Source: the human T2T-CHM13v2.0 reference genome, Homo sapiens. From it: a stretch of 64,000 nucleotides of DNA. Each line of letters begins with the position of its first letter. The stretch's first letter is position 1. Made by a program: the position numbers and the translations under genes. Shown here piece after piece: positions 40,060-57,392 of this stretch. Location of the stretch: assembly GCF_009914755.1 (NCBI RefSeq), contig NC_060939.1. The stretch is one strand, 5' to 3'. The notes beneath the pieces are model-generated. The model did no database searches. It worked only from the letters and a program-made list of their open reading frames with translations, and was not told the origin of the DNA.

Positions 40060-40945
40060 TTGCCCAGGAACTGAGAAACAGCCCCACAGCATCAACCCCT
40101 TGCAGACAGGCCCGTGGCCTACCCAGTGGCCCTGGGTCAGCATTCAGGGTCTGAGAAACAGTTTCAGAGGCTGCCCTGGCAGGCATGTACCTAGGCTTCT
40201 TGAGCGGCCTTGCACGGCATCTTTGGTTGGAGAAGAAGCCCCATAGGCAGCGCCTGGGAGTCACAGGCCAACAGAGCGGCCACAGGCCTGCATACTGGGC
40301 CTGCCAAACAGCCCTGTGGTCTGCCCTTGGTGGGCATGTTCTGAGCCAGCTGGCACCCATATCCCAAACCTGAGAAAGAGCCTTGAAGACCACCCCCAGT
40401 AATCACACCCTCATGCCAGCCAAGCAGCCTTCCACCCACATGCTGGGCCTCAGAAGCAGCCTCATGGGCTGCCACTGGCAGATACATACCTAGGACGGCC
40501 AACAAGCCATGTGACCATGTCCCAGGACTGAGAAAGAGCCCCTTGAACTGTGCAGGCAGATATGCACCCAGGCTAGCAAAGCAGCCTTGTACCCACATCC
40601 TGGGCCTAAGAAACAGCCTTATAGGTTACCCCCAGCAAACATACTCCCAGGCGAGCAAAGAAGCCTGTGCTCATGTCCAAGGCTTGAGAAATGACCCTGA
40701 GGGCTGTTCTCATGGAGCCCCTGGCCAGAAAACCAGTTTTGTGCCTACATCCTAGGCCTGAGAAACAGCCCCTTGGGCCATTGCTGGCAGGCAAATAAAC
40801 CTATAGGCTGGCCAAGCAACCACATGCTCATGTTCCTGGCCAGAGTAACAGCCTGTGGTCCCAAACCCTGAGCCAGACCCCACCTTGGCCAAACCACTGT
40901 GTACATGCATGTACCCCTAATCTGAGAAACAGTCCAGCAAGCCCA
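40060..40945 (+). repeat. Degenerate ~77-bp tandem array, about 12 units, in L1 5' region
   Basis: recurrent CTGAGAAACAGCC-like anchor every 69-82 bp. Confidence 0.75.
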
Positions 40946-41332
40946 TCCCAGCAAAGCTGTGCTACTGTTTGTTTTTTGTTTTGGGACAGAGTCTTGCTTT
41001 GTTGCCCAGGTTGGAGTACAGTGGTATAATCTTGGCTCACTGCAAACCTCCGCCTTCCGGGTTCCAGTGATTCTTGTGCCTCAGCCTCCCAAGCAGCTGG
41101 GATTATAGGCATGCGCCACCACATCTAGCTAATTTTTATATTTTGGGTAGAGACAGGGTTTCACCATGTTGGCCAGGCTGGTCTCAAACTCCTGGCCTCA
41201 AGTAATCCACCTGCCTTGGCCTCCGAAAGTGCTGGGATTGGCTGGGCGTGATGGCTCACGCCTGCAATCCCAATACTTTGGGAGGCCGAGGCGGGTGGAT
41301 TGCTTGAGGCTAGGAGTTTGAGATCAGCCTCA

Positions 41333-41494
<162 letters not shown>

Positions 41495-42053
41495 CTAGGT
41501 AATAGAGCAAGACTGTCTCAAAAAAGAAAGTGCTGGGATTATAGGCGTGAGCCACCACGCCCAGCCAACTGTGCCACTGTTGCCACAAACCCCCTCACTG
41601 TAGGCCACTGAGGCACTTGCAAACATCACTAAAGTGGATTACAACTGAAGAAAGTACATGGAGACTATACTACTGCATTTGTCCAGAACCAAGGTGAATG
41701 CATCCCACTGAACCCACACTCCAAGACCCATTCATATGAATAACTCTTTACAAAACGTACTCCATAAAATTGGAAAAGGTGACTTTCCCACCAGATGTGT
41801 AGAAATCAATGTAGAAATACATCAAACATGAAAAAGCAAAGAAACATGACACCTCCCAAGAAAACCAATAATTCTCTAGCAAGAGACTACAATGATATAG
41901 GAAATGCCGGAAAAATAATTCAGAATTAAAATCTTAAGGAAACTCGGTGAGATACAAGAGAACTCGGTGAGATACAAGACAGTACAAATAAACACTCAAC
42001 AAAATCAGGAAAAGAATGATTTGAATGAGAAATTCAACAGAAACAGATGTTTA

Positions 42054-42224
<171 letters not shown>

Positions 42225-42267
42225 TCAGCCGGGTGTGGTGGCGGGTGCCTATAATCCCAGCTGCTCA

Positions 42268-42372
<105 letters not shown>

Positions 42373-42846
42373 TCAGGAAAAAAAAAAAAAAAAGGCAAAT
42401 GATCTGAACAGACATTTCTCCAAAGAAGTAATACAAATGGCCAAGAAATAGATGAAAAAATGCTCAGCATCACTAATTATTAGGGAAAATGCAAATCAAA
42501 ACCACAATGAGGTATCATTTCACCCCAGTCAGGATGGTTATTTATCACGAAGACAAAAAATAAATGCTGGTGAGGATGTGGAGAAAAGGAAACTCTTACA
42601 CAATGTTGGTGGGAACATAAACTAGTACAGACACCATGGAGAACAGTTTGGCGGTTCCTCAAAAAACTACAAATAGAACTACTATATGATATAGCAATCC
42701 CACTGGTGGGCATTTATCCAAAGGAAAGGAAATCAGGATATCAAAGAGACATCCGCACCCCCATGTTTACTGCAGCACTATTCACACAGCCAAGACATGG
42801 AATCAACCTAGGTGCCCAACAACAGATGAATGGGTAAAAAAATTGT

Positions 42847-42849
<3 letters not shown>

Positions 42850-42892
<43 letters not shown>
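42850..42892. repeat. (TA)n microsatellite
   Basis: direct reading. Confidence 0.95.
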
Positions 42893-42893
<1 letters not shown>

Positions 42894-43670
42894 CTTGAAG
42901 ATAAAAGAGTGAATCCTGTTGTTTGCAGCAACACTGATGGAAATGGTGGACATTAAGTGAAATAAGCCAGGAACAGAAAGTTAAACACTGCATGTTCTCA
43001 CTCATCTGGTAGCTAAAAAATGTTGATCTCGTATTAGTAAAAAGTAGAACAGGATACCAGATGCTGGATTTTGTAGGGGGAAGGGAGAAAGAGGAAGATA
43101 TTTGTTAAAGGATACAAATAGCTAGCTGGAAGGAATAAGTTCTAGTGCTCTGTATCACTATGGGATGACTATAGTTAATAATGTATTATAGAGTTGCACA
43201 TAGCAAAGAAGAGGATACTGAATGTCCCCAACATAAAGAAGTAGTAAATGTTTGAGATGATGGAAGTGCTAATTATCCTGATCTGATCACTATATATGTA
43301 TCAAAACATCACTATGTACCCCATGAATATGTACAATTATTATGTCAATTTATAAAAATAATAAAAGAAAAGAAATGGCAGGGGATTACTTTTTAAAGTT
43401 CCAGTCCTAAGGAATCCAGAGTGAGGAAAATGCATGTGGAACTTATCGTCACTGCCTTTTCAAACACAGCACTAAAAGTTTTCAATGAAGACAATCTTTT
43501 AAAAAATCAAGAGCAGCATGGTTACTAATTCAACCATGACGATAATTGCCACCGAAATAAGAGGGTTTGATGACTTGCAAACTACAAAATAATTAGGTAT
43601 CAGGATGACAAGAGCGAGTAGGGTCAGGTGTCCCAACACCAAGAGAGACACAGGAAGACGGAACAAGTAC

Positions 43671-43939
43671 CTCTGGCTCCTGCCTGGCAGGTGGTGCTCT
43701 CCGCACACTGCAGGTTCTTCAGCAGCTGCATCGACTTGCCAGCCATTATGATCTGCTTCAGGACAGGTTTGAGGAAGGACACCATGGTGTGCTGCCTGCT
43801 GGAGGGCCCCTGGTCACTGCCGGAACTCGCACTAGCGTTATCACTCATTTTTTCTTCATTTTCTGTCTTTTCTGATACGCTATATAACGTGTAAGTTGCA
43901 TACCAGAAGTCTCTGTGATTAACTGGAACATTTTTGTTT
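43671..43939 (-). CDS. TUBGCP5: GCP5 exon 13 (269 nt; NKNVPVNHRDFWYATYTL...CQAGAR)
   Basis: inside ORF 43624..43953; ttag acceptor, GAG|gtactt donor. Confidence 0.96.
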
Positions 43940-45116
43940 CTAAAGAGATTCAAAAGAATTTTAAACTCTTATTTCTCTTTCTTAAAAACAGCATACTTGT
44001 TCTAGTTTGTTGTCCAGACATTATAAAACATAGTATTAATTATTAGTAAACTGAAGCAAACTTTAGGCAAAATGGGACAGTTTTAATCTCATCTCAGTTT
44101 AAAGAGAAAAGTGAATAAATACTTTGAATAGTGTAAGTAAAATTTAAGTAGAAATAGTTTCCTGAATTGGAATTATTTAAAATATGACTAATTTGGTCCT
44201 CTTTAGAAGAAGAATAAAAGTTTATCCATTTACCATCTGCTGTGAAACTAATTTGCAGACTTCTCTATCATTTTCCCTACAAAGATTCTTAACTGGACTA
44301 CTTTTAACAATAAAATGATGGTCAATCATCACCCTAGAAGAACAGTCAGAGTCCTATTTTTCACAAAAATTCTCATGTGAGATTGATGAATCAGAACACA
44401 GTGACAGATATGAGATTGAGTTGAAGGAAGGGTCAGTTCACTTATGTGAGCATTGCATACATATTGCTACCCTTCCAGAACACTAAAGACTTAAAGTTAT
44501 CCTTCCTGATGAGCTCAATGGATAGCTATCAATAGAAACCATATATCTAAATATACCGCATAATTTAAAATTGGGCTAAAAGAGTACAAATAGCTCTACA
44601 TTGTTTATATGATTCTATTCAGAAAAATCAATTAACTGAAGGGAAATTGTCATAAATGGATTAAGATTTTCCTTGTTTTGTAAAATATACTAAGGTAAAA
44701 GAAATCAGTAGATAATTCAGAGAAATAAATATATTAGAGGCATACTCTGTAATATTTCTGTATCTCTTTACTGATAATTTACAATGGAAATAGCTGAAAC
44801 CATATGATATCATCTAAACTCATTTTATGGGAAGCAGTGTGTACTAGCTAGCCATAAATATACTACCATCCAAAAATATAATTTGCTTAAGAAAAGTTGC
44901 GGACTGACAAAACTTGGACAAAGATATTTCTAATCAGCTGGTATTACTGATGCCTTCCGTAAAAATGAAATAGAACTTGCCTATGATGACGACAAGTTCT
45001 GTGATGTGAACTGTGCTTTCTCAGTACTGTCTGAAACTAACGAAAGCATTTGATTTTCATGGGGAGGAAACTGGTGATGCCAGCCCCCAGTGACCTTGTG
45101 CTCTGCTGCAGCTCAC

Positions 45117-45232
45117 CTCTGGATGATGAACTCCCTGGCGCCATCCCACAGGTGCCCGTGCACGATCCACTCGTCCACCGTCTGCAGGTAAGGCCGCACC
45201 GTTTCCACCCAGAGAGAGAAAAGGAGGGAGAC
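45117..45232 (-). CDS. TUBGCP5: GCP5 exon 12 (116 nt; VSLLFSLWVETVRPYLQTVDEWIVHGHLWDGAREFIIQR)
   Basis: ctcag acceptor, GAG|gtgagc donor; PY..W...G.L.D..EF.I pattern typical of GCP GRIP1 domains. Confidence 0.96.
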
Positions 45233-45385
45233 CTGAGGCAGAGAGTGTGCACGGTCAGCTCTCAGGGTTCCCTGGTCACTAGGATAAAAGGAGGTTTAAA
45301 CATTTCTGAAATGCCTTTAAAAAAGTGATCGGATTTCTATGTTTTTTGGGGCACAAAGAAATTAAAAATCCAAAAACATACACTA

Positions 45386-45726
<341 letters not shown>

Positions 45727-46043
45727 TCACCTAAATATGGGATGATCATATTGTTTGTAGTCCAGACTGGGAAACTTGAGAGTGAAAGTGACACAGAGGC
45801 AGCAGGTGTATCCTGAGATAGCCCAGGCAAGCGAACAAGGTTTCCCTATCTAAATCCTATTACTAGCAAAGCATCCATTAAGGATGAGGAAATTGGCTGG
45901 GCATGGTGGCTCACGCCTGTAACCCCAGCACTTTGGGAGGCTGAGGTGGGCAGATCACAAGGGCAGGAGTTTGAGACCAGCCTGGCCAATATGGTGAAAC
46001 CCCATCTCTATTAAAAAAAAATACAGCTGGGTGTGGTGGCTCA

Positions 46044-46334
<291 letters not shown>

Positions 46335-46373
46335 TTAGCCGGGCATGGTGATGTGCGCCTGTAGTCCCAGCTA

Positions 46374-46556
<183 letters not shown>

Positions 46557-47855
46557 CTAGAAAATACACCTAATGTACATACCCAACTAAGACTGTAGCA
46601 TTCTAAATTACAGCCTCTAGTTAGATTTTTATTTTTAAATCTATATATTGTTTGAGACAGGGTCTTGCTCTGTTACCCAAGCTGGAGTGCAGTGGCACAA
46701 ACATGGCTCACTGCAGCCTTGACCTTCCACACTCAAGCCATCTTCCTGCCTTAGCCTCTCGAGTACCTGGGACCATAGGCATGTGCCTCCAGAGCTGGCT
46801 ACCTTTTTTGAGACAGAGTCTTGCTCTGTTGCCCAGGCTGGAGTGTAGTGGTGCGATCTCGGCTCACTGCATCCTCCCGGGTTCAAGCAATTCTCCTGCC
46901 TCAGCCTCCTGAGTAGCTGGGATGACAGGTGTTCGCCACCACACTAGGCTAATGTTTGTATTTTTAGTAGAGACGGGGTTTCACCATGTTGGCCAGGCTG
47001 GTCTCGAATTCCTGGTGTCAGCACACCTGGCTACTTTAAAAATTTTTTGTAGAGACAGGGTCTCAGTATGTTGCCCGGGCTGGTCTCAAATTCCTGGGCT
47101 CAAGTGATCCTCTCACCTCAGACTCATATGTAGCTGGGACTACAGGCGTGAGCCACTATGCATGGCCTAGATTTGTATTTTTTAAAATACAATATAAAAT
47201 ATATAACATAAAATTTATCTTAACTGTATATTTTAAAAAATTTTAATTTAACTAATTTTTTAAAGACAGAGTCTTACTATGTTGCCCAGGCAAGTCTCAA
47301 ACTCCTGGGCTCAATCAATCCTCCTGCCTCGGCCTCCCAAAGTGTTGGGATTACAGGCACGAGCCACTGTGCCTGACCCTCAGCATTTTTAAGTTCAGAG
47401 GTTTTAAGTACATTCATATCGTTGTGACAAATCTCCAGAACTTTTTCATGTTATAAAACTGAAACTCTGTACCCATTAAACAACAGCTCCCCATTCCCCA
47501 GCCCTTGGTAACCAGCATTCCACTTTGTTTCTGTGGATGTGTCTACTTCAGCTATCTCATGTCATGTTAGTTACATGTTAGTGTTTATGTAAGAAAGCGT
47601 TATTGTAAATATCTATACACATCAGGTAGGTACTTCTCACAGCTTGCCTTGTCCTTGCCTCATCCTTCTGAGGATCTTGGCAATTAGAGCTGAAAAGCCA
47701 GTTTCCTACAGCCTTAAATTTGGAAGTTAATTTAAAAACTCTGAACTGTCTGACGAGTCATCATTCAAGTATCAACAAAGAACTACCATCAGCTGTCTAT
47801 CACTCCTCTGCTGTGCAGCATGGAGTCACACACTTTAGGCAGAAGTCTCACTTAC

Positions 47856-48058
47856 GGTTTGCTCAGAGGCTTCTCCAACATTGTCATATTCAAGAATGGC
47901 CTTGTACAGGGTGTTAAGCAGGTGAGAGGCCCGGACGACATTTCGAGTATCAGGTGGAACTTCTGCTACTCCAGTACTAAACACTTTGTGCAGAACCTTG
48001 AGCTGAGACAATCGAGGTGCCAACTTGTCCACCACTATTGCAAGAGTTATTGTAGTAT
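47856..48058 (-). CDS. TUBGCP5: GCP5 exon 11 (203 nt; DTTITLAIVVDKLAPRL...GEASEQT)
   Basis: inside ORF 47835..48107; tgcag acceptor, ACC|gtaagt donor. Confidence 0.96.
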
Positions 48059-49042
48059 CTGCAAATATCAATAAATCAAACTCAACAGCAAGGAAAAATA
48101 CATGCATCTAAAATGTGACATAAATGCTGGCAAATCATCAGGCTTATGGACAGGCAGGGCAAAATGGAGGACGGTGGATTTTAATCTCATACCACAAGGA
48201 CCTAATTTCCCTAAGGAAGAACTCCTGCAAGTCACAGAGAAAAAGACAACTCAGCAGAAAAATAATGTATAAAGGAACTGACAGTTCATAAAAAAGGAAT
48301 GATGAGTGATTCTAAAACATACAGAAAGTCACTTGACCTTACTTATAATAAAAGAACGCAAATTAAAATTACACTAGGTAAAACAAAACACCTCCCAATG
48401 GGCTAATGTTACAGAGAGGGGTGAGGGAGGCTGTGCCTACAAAGGGCTGCACAAGCAAGCTCCTGGGAGGCGATGGCACAGCTGTGATCTGAACATGGAA
48501 GTGGCTATGTGGAGCTAGACATGTGATAAACTATACATGAATATACCACACCCACCCCTGTTCAAAGCAAGTTCCTGCGACACTGGTGAAACCATGTCAG
48601 GTCTGCAGTTTGGCTAATGTGCTGTGTCAATGTCAGTTTCCCAGTTTTGACCATGTACTGTCACTATGTAAGGTTTTACCACTGGGGGAAGCAAGGTCAT
48701 GGGAACACAGGGCCTCTCTGTACTATTTTTTGTGGTAGTTCAAAATGAAATTTAAGGGGAAAAAAGCTACATGGGTTACCATTTTACAGCTGTCATACTG
48801 GTGAAGACCAAAACGTCTGGTAACACACAGATGGCAAGAAGTGTGAGGAAACAGGTATTCATCTACTTGGTTCACAACAGTAAAAATGTATTTACCTATA
48901 CCTCCCCATAAAGTGGCAAAACTTAGGAAAATCACACATGACCCAGCAATTCCATTTATAAGAACCTACCCCACATGGTCAGATGCAGTATAATCCCAGC
49001 TTATGCCTGTAATCCCAGCATTTTGGGAGGCCAAGGTGGTCA

Positions 49043-49255
<213 letters not shown>

Positions 49256-49843
49256 CTACAGATAACTCACTGCCTGTGTACGATAACGGATATGTAGAAG
49301 TGATTATCACTGCAGCACTACTGGCAATAGCAAAAGCCTGGGAACAACCTAAATCCATTAAGGGGACTGGGCTATGACACGACCATATGATGAAACACTC
49401 AATTTGTAAAAAGGAAAACAGAAGCTCTTCATATATGTATGGTATTATCCTCAAAATTTAAACTGGAAAAATTTGAAGAGAGCAGTGTAATGACTGCTAG
49501 GTATGCGTATATGTATATGCACTGCTCATGTATGTTGAAACTCTTTCTGGAAGGATGCGTAAGAAGCCAAGGACCTGGCTGTCTCTGGAGAGGAGAACTG
49601 ACTGGCTGGGGTACTGGTGCAGGAAGAATAATTTAGATTTTTCATTCTAAATCTTCTGTAGTTTTTTGATTTTTAGAGATATGAATGGCTTAAAAATATA
49701 AATTTAAAATAATTTTAAAAGAAGCATTCACGAGAACTACTTATCTGCTAGGCAACTTTCAAATCTTATATAATAAAAACTCTAAGTGGCATTCAAATTA
49801 TGAGTTACGTGTAGTATGAGTAAAGATGAAGAACATTTAATAC

Positions 49844-50090
49844 CATTATTGATGATGCACTTCTCAATTTCTGCAAGTTCCTCTTTGAAACTAATGAAAT
49901 ATTTGTACAGGGCCCACATGAAAGCCTGGTAGGTTCTAAAGGGAGCTTCAGTTGACTTCTTAGGAACAGACCCACTTCCAGGCAGCATGCTCTCAGAACT
50001 GTGTCCCATGACTTCATCAATGAACTCCTGGAGTCGAAACACAACCTGGCCATATGCTGCTATTTGTTCCAGCACAGATCGTAAACAGCT
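49844..50090 (-). CDS. TUBGCP5: GCP5 exon 10 (247 nt; SCLRSVLEQIAAYGQVVFRLQEF...KCIINN)
   Basis: overlaps ORF 49782..50075; tgtag acceptor, ATG|gtatta donor. Confidence 0.96.
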
Positions 50091-50633
50091 CTACAACACA
50101 AGCAAACTGCAATTATTCAAAGGTGGTCTTCTGTAAACATTCAAATTCATTTCCCTCTCGCTGTAAAATACTTCTTTTGCAATTGTTTTAAACAGTATGT
50201 TTAGTAGAAGACAAAGTAATAATATGATTAATATTTATAATTTTATACACAAAGGAAAAAGTGAACAATAATTTCAACAGACTAGAGAATTATGGCTTAT
50301 ATTTTTAAAAACATACATAAGTAAATGTACTTAAAGCAAAACAAAATTACAGTATATAACTTTCACAATACAGAATGACAAATAAAAAGCAGAAAATGCA
50401 AATTGAAATTAAATATGTTCCAAACAATATTAAGGAATCCTCTACGTACTATAAAGATGCACAACTCAATTTTTCTTTTTGGATATTAAATATTTTTAAG
50501 TTAGCTTTTTTTTGCATGTGAGGAAGCAAGAACGAGTTCAATAGCAATTTTAATATTGTAAAATGTTCTAAAATTATATTACTAGTTTACATAAATCCTA
50601 TTTCTTAAATTACCATAAATACAAATAACTTAC

Positions 50634-50727
50634 ATGTGTTAAATGAGTTACTATAATATTGTTTCTCACAGTTACCTTCCCATCTATCAACTGAAATATA
50701 AAGAGCTTTTTCACTCCTGAAAGTAAC
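50634..50727 (-). CDS. TUBGCP5: GCP5 exon 9 (94 nt; LLSGVKKLFIFQLIDGKVTVRNNIIVTHLTH)
   Basis: ttcag acceptor, CAT|gtaagt donor. Confidence 0.95.
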
Positions 50728-50769
50728 CTGAAATGAGATTAAAAAAAGACGAGTGTACTTTAAGTCTAG

Positions 50770-51180
<411 letters not shown>

Positions 51181-51510
51181 TGATTACCCTAAGACTCAAG
51201 ATATTTCAACATCATCTTAGAGAAGTCTAAAACATGTTGTCAAAGCATCTCCCCTATATACTTGACGACCCAAAGAGATCTTCCTATTTCTAAGAATGCG
51301 AGCATGTCAATATCATACTTTATGGTGAGAGCACCAGGACTTGGAATTTCAGTAGTAACAGCACCATGTGCCGCATTAGATTCCTGGCTTCCAGGTACGG
51401 GCACAGGCCCTCATTGATATACTCCACCTATTAAGAATAGTCAGTAGCTACCGGCGCGGTGGCTCACGCCTGTAATCCCAGCACTTTGGGAGGCCAAGGT
51501 GGGTGGATCA

Positions 51511-51792
<282 letters not shown>

Positions 51793-52012
51793 CTAACCTA
51801 AGTAAATCATATGCTAAATTATTTAAAATGAAAATGAAGTAATTATATCAAACTCTCTCAATCTCCACAGTCAAATCTGGTCCGAACTTCACACCTAATG
51901 GACCTTTTCTAGTTTGCATGTGAAAATGCTTGAAAAGTTTCCTTTAATAAAAGTTTTTGCTTCTCAGTAATCAAGTCTCATAAAGACTATTAATTAAATG
52001 AACATTTCTTAC

Positions 52013-52102
52013 CATAGGGTTTCCCGAATAACCTGAGTCTCAGTAACCAAAACCCTGTCATCTGGAACATACAATGGATCACTGCTGTACAAGTGTTGGT
52101 CC
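52013..52102 (-). CDS. TUBGCP5: GCP5 exon 8 (90 nt; DQHLYSSDPLYVPDDRVLVTETQVIRETLW)
   Basis: catag acceptor, ATG|gtaaga donor. Confidence 0.95.
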
Positions 52103-53088
52103 CTATGAGACAGCAAACATAAATGTCAATAGAAAGGTTTCTAAGTAAGTAAATAACTTATCTCAAAGAATATCTGCAATTTAGTGCTAACTTAAGTAGC
52201 AATCAACTAACAAGTATACATAATAAATGGCTTAAATGCCCCCTATATTTTCATGTCAATCAGAATACTCTGAGAAACACTTTCAGAACAATTACAATTG
52301 TTACGTTTATTGCTGATTTAGGCAAATGTTTACAACTATGTAATGTTGTTTTCTGGAAAACAAGATGTGTATTTTTGCAGTAAGTATACCAAAACAGAAA
52401 TCAAATAATGCCCTAATATATACCAATCCATTTACACTGAAATTAACAACAAAAAATGGAAACAGAGACTATAATTAAATAATACTATAATTTAATGATT
52501 TTCAATAACAAATAATTAAAAACTATTCAACTAAAATTTTCAACACCAGCCAGGTGTGCTGGCTCACGCCTGTAATTCCAGCACTTTGGGAGGCCGAGGC
52601 AGGTGGATCACTTGAGGACAGGAGTTCAAGACCAGCCTGGCCAACATGGTAAAACCCCATCTCCGCTAAAAATATAAAAATTAGCTGGGCATGGTGGCAT
52701 GCACCTATAATCTCAGCTACTTGGGAGGCTGAAGGACGACAATTGCTGGAACCCGGGAGGCAGATGTTACAGTGAGCCATGATTACGCCACTGCACTCCA
52801 GCCAGGGTGACAGAGCGAGACTTTGTCTCCCCCTGCAAAAAAAAGTAAAATAAAATAAAAAATAAAAAATTAGTTGAGTGAGGTCTAGACTGCAGTGAGC
52901 TGAGATCTGACCACTGCACTGCAGTCTGGGCAACGAAGAGTGAGAATCTGTCTCCAAAAAAAAAAGAATTGTCAAAACAAAAACAAGTTTAAATTTCAGG
53001 GAAGAACTTAAGTCACAAATCAAAGCCAAACGTTTAAACATCAAAGTTTCTTCTATCATCACATTAAATGAAAACTTTAGCTTCTTAC

Positions 53089-53203
53089 CAGACAGCAGCT
53101 AAATTAGAGTGCAAATGTAAACTATGAGGAAACTGGGAGGGCCTGGCTGTCCAGTACTGATGGACCACATGATGTTCCAGCCAGCTTCGGTCATCTGGCT
53201 CAT
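53089..53203 (-). CDS. TUBGCP5: GCP5 exon 7 (115 nt; [39 protein letters not shown])
   Basis: aagcag acceptor (NAGNAG), CTG|gtaaga donor. Confidence 0.95.
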
Positions 53204-53879
53204 CTGCTTGAAAGAAATGTAATCAGTTTGAGTTAACAACAACAAAATACTGGGTCACAATACCTGGACTTACAGCTCCATTCAAACGTATAGTTGAAAA
53301 TGGCTTTTTAAAAATAACAGCTACCTAACATTTATGTATATATGATTATTTTAAACCACATATATCTGCTGGGTTCTATGGCTCACACATATAATCCCAG
53401 CCCTTTGGGAAGCCAGGGTGGGATGACCACTTGAATCCAGGAGTTCAAGACCAGCCTGGGCAACAAAGTATGACCCCCCATCTCCACAAAAAATACAAAA
53501 AAATTAGCCAGGGATGGTGGCATGTGCTTGTTCTCGGGAGGCTGACACGAGAGGGGACTGGTTGAGCCAAGAGGTTGAGGCTGCAGTGATCTGAGATCAT
53601 GCCACTACGCTCCAGCCTGGGTGACACAGTAAGACCCTATCTCAAAAAACAAAGTAAAATAAAATAAAACCACACATATAGAAACGCATACTAAATTTAA
53701 TTAAATGTAACTGACTAGAAAGTAAAAAAAAAAAAAATTGCCACATACATAAAAAGATATAAATGGTATATGTTAATTGTCCAGTAACGATTAAGGAAAC
53801 TGAAATGGTAACTGAAGACCTTCCCAACCACTACGGAAGTCTCAGGACTGGTGCTAAATTTTGAAGGATTAGATAACCT

Positions 53880-55500
<1,621 letters not shown>

Positions 55501-55964
55501 AAAGAGCAGTGATTCACATCTGTAATCCCCGCACGTTGGGAGGCAGAGGCAGGTGGACGAGTTGAGGTCAGGAATTTGAGACCAGCCTGGCCAACATGGT
55601 GAAACCCTGTCTCTACTAAAAATACAAAAATTAGCTGAGTGTGGTACACGCCTGTAACCCCAGCTACTCGGGAAACTGAGGCAGGAGAATTGTTTGAACC
55701 TGGGAGATGGAGTTTGCAGTGAGGTGAGATCATGCTACTGTACCATAGCCTGGGCGACAGAGTGAGACTCCGTCTCAAAAAAAAGGGGTGGGGGGGAAGA
55801 GCAAAGTGGGCTGGGCATGGTGGCTCACATCTGTAATCCCAGCACTTTGGGACGCAGAGGCGGAGTAATTGCTTGAGTCTAGGAGTTTGAGACTAGCCTG
55901 GGCAACATGGTGAAACCCTGTGTCTACAAAAAATACAAAAATTAACTGGGTATGGTGGCACTCA

Positions 55965-56183
<219 letters not shown>

Positions 56184-56269
56184 CTACAAAGCCACACAAA
56201 TAAAAAAGTCTGTCTGTTTCTGGGTCACACTGACACCAAGTGCACAGATTAGAAAGTCCGGAATAAATG

Positions 56270-56400
56270 CAGCTGTCCCTCAGTATCCAATGGGGACTGG
56301 TTGCAGGAATGCTGCAGACGCCAAAATCTGCAGGTGCTCAAGTCCCTGATATAAAATGGCATAGTATTTGCATATAACCTATGCATATCCTCCCTTATAC
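56270..56400. mobile_element. MER2 (Tigger family) fragment
   Basis: cagctgtccctcagtatcc..ggggactggtt; aaatggcatagtatttgcatataacct. Confidence 0.7.
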
Positions 56401-56780
56401 TTTTTTATTTTAATTTTTTTTTGAGACAGGGTCTCGCTCTGTTGCCAGAGCTGGAGTGCAGTGGCACAATCTTAGCAAAATCAGTCCTTCTCCAATTAAA
56501 AAAAAAAAAAAAAAAGGAAACATTTACAGCTGAGAAAGTTCTCAGAAGTATAGGAAAAAAATTACAAAATTACACTCTACATGTATGAATTCAACATTAA
56601 TTCTATAGTACTACTACTTAAGCATCATAGAAAACATTACTAATGGTTTTAAAAATTGGTTTTATAAGGATGGTAGAGCTTAGCCAATACCTTGATTACA
56701 TGGAACTGATCTCAAAGTTTGCCTTTCCTTCTAGGGAATTTGTCTATTAGAAAATGCGAGCACCTCATAACACATAATAC

Positions 56781-56916
56781 CTTTCCAACTGATACAAGGA
56801 TCCAGTTTTCTGTTTTGATCTTGTTCTTCTAACGGTGTCCTGTCTACCTGAATTCCAGAGTCCTCTCTGCTTAAGGGCTGTTGATCATTTTCCTCTTCAC
56901 TTTCTTCAGACCAATT
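56781..56916 (-). CDS. TUBGCP5: GCP5 exon 6 (136 nt; NWSEESEEENDQQPLSREDSGIQVDR...CISWK)
   Basis: inside ORF 56731..56961; tcag acceptor, AAG|gtatta donor. Confidence 0.95.
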
Positions 56917-57272
56917 CTGATTTAAAAAAGAGATACACTTTAGCTTTACAGAGTATAACACTTAAAGCTATTTACATTAAAAGACTAAGAAAACTTTGAA
57001 GAAAAGCAAAAACTTTGAAGCAACATGGAACAGAAAAACAAATTTTTTTTTCCTAAATCTCTTGGAAGTGCCTATTATAGGAATGGAAATATGATTACTA
57101 CTTTTTCTTTTTTTCTATAATGTTGAAATAATAAGGAATGGAATTATTTTTTGTGGCAAAAAGTCCCAAGATCACAGGTCCTTAAGGGATACTTGTACTC
57201 ACCCCTTTTAACTTCTTTTTTTTTTTTTGAGACAGAGTCTCTCGCTTTGTCATCCAGGTTGGAGTGCAATAG

Positions 57273-57392
<120 letters not shown>

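Noticed and set aside
40060-40945. CRISPR-like repeat/spacer appearance of the ~77-bp array
   Set aside because: The repeats are degenerate, the intervening parts resemble each other, there are no cas genes, and the context is a eukaryotic L1.
39324-40954. Cluster of non-Alu ORFs (up to 160 aa) in intron 13
   Set aside because: They lie in the GC-richer L1 5' region on both strands, with no recognisable protein similarity or exon structure.
41941-41980. 20-bp tandem duplication aactcggtgagatacaaga(g/c)
   Set aside because: Ordinary slippage duplication in a dead L1 ORF1.
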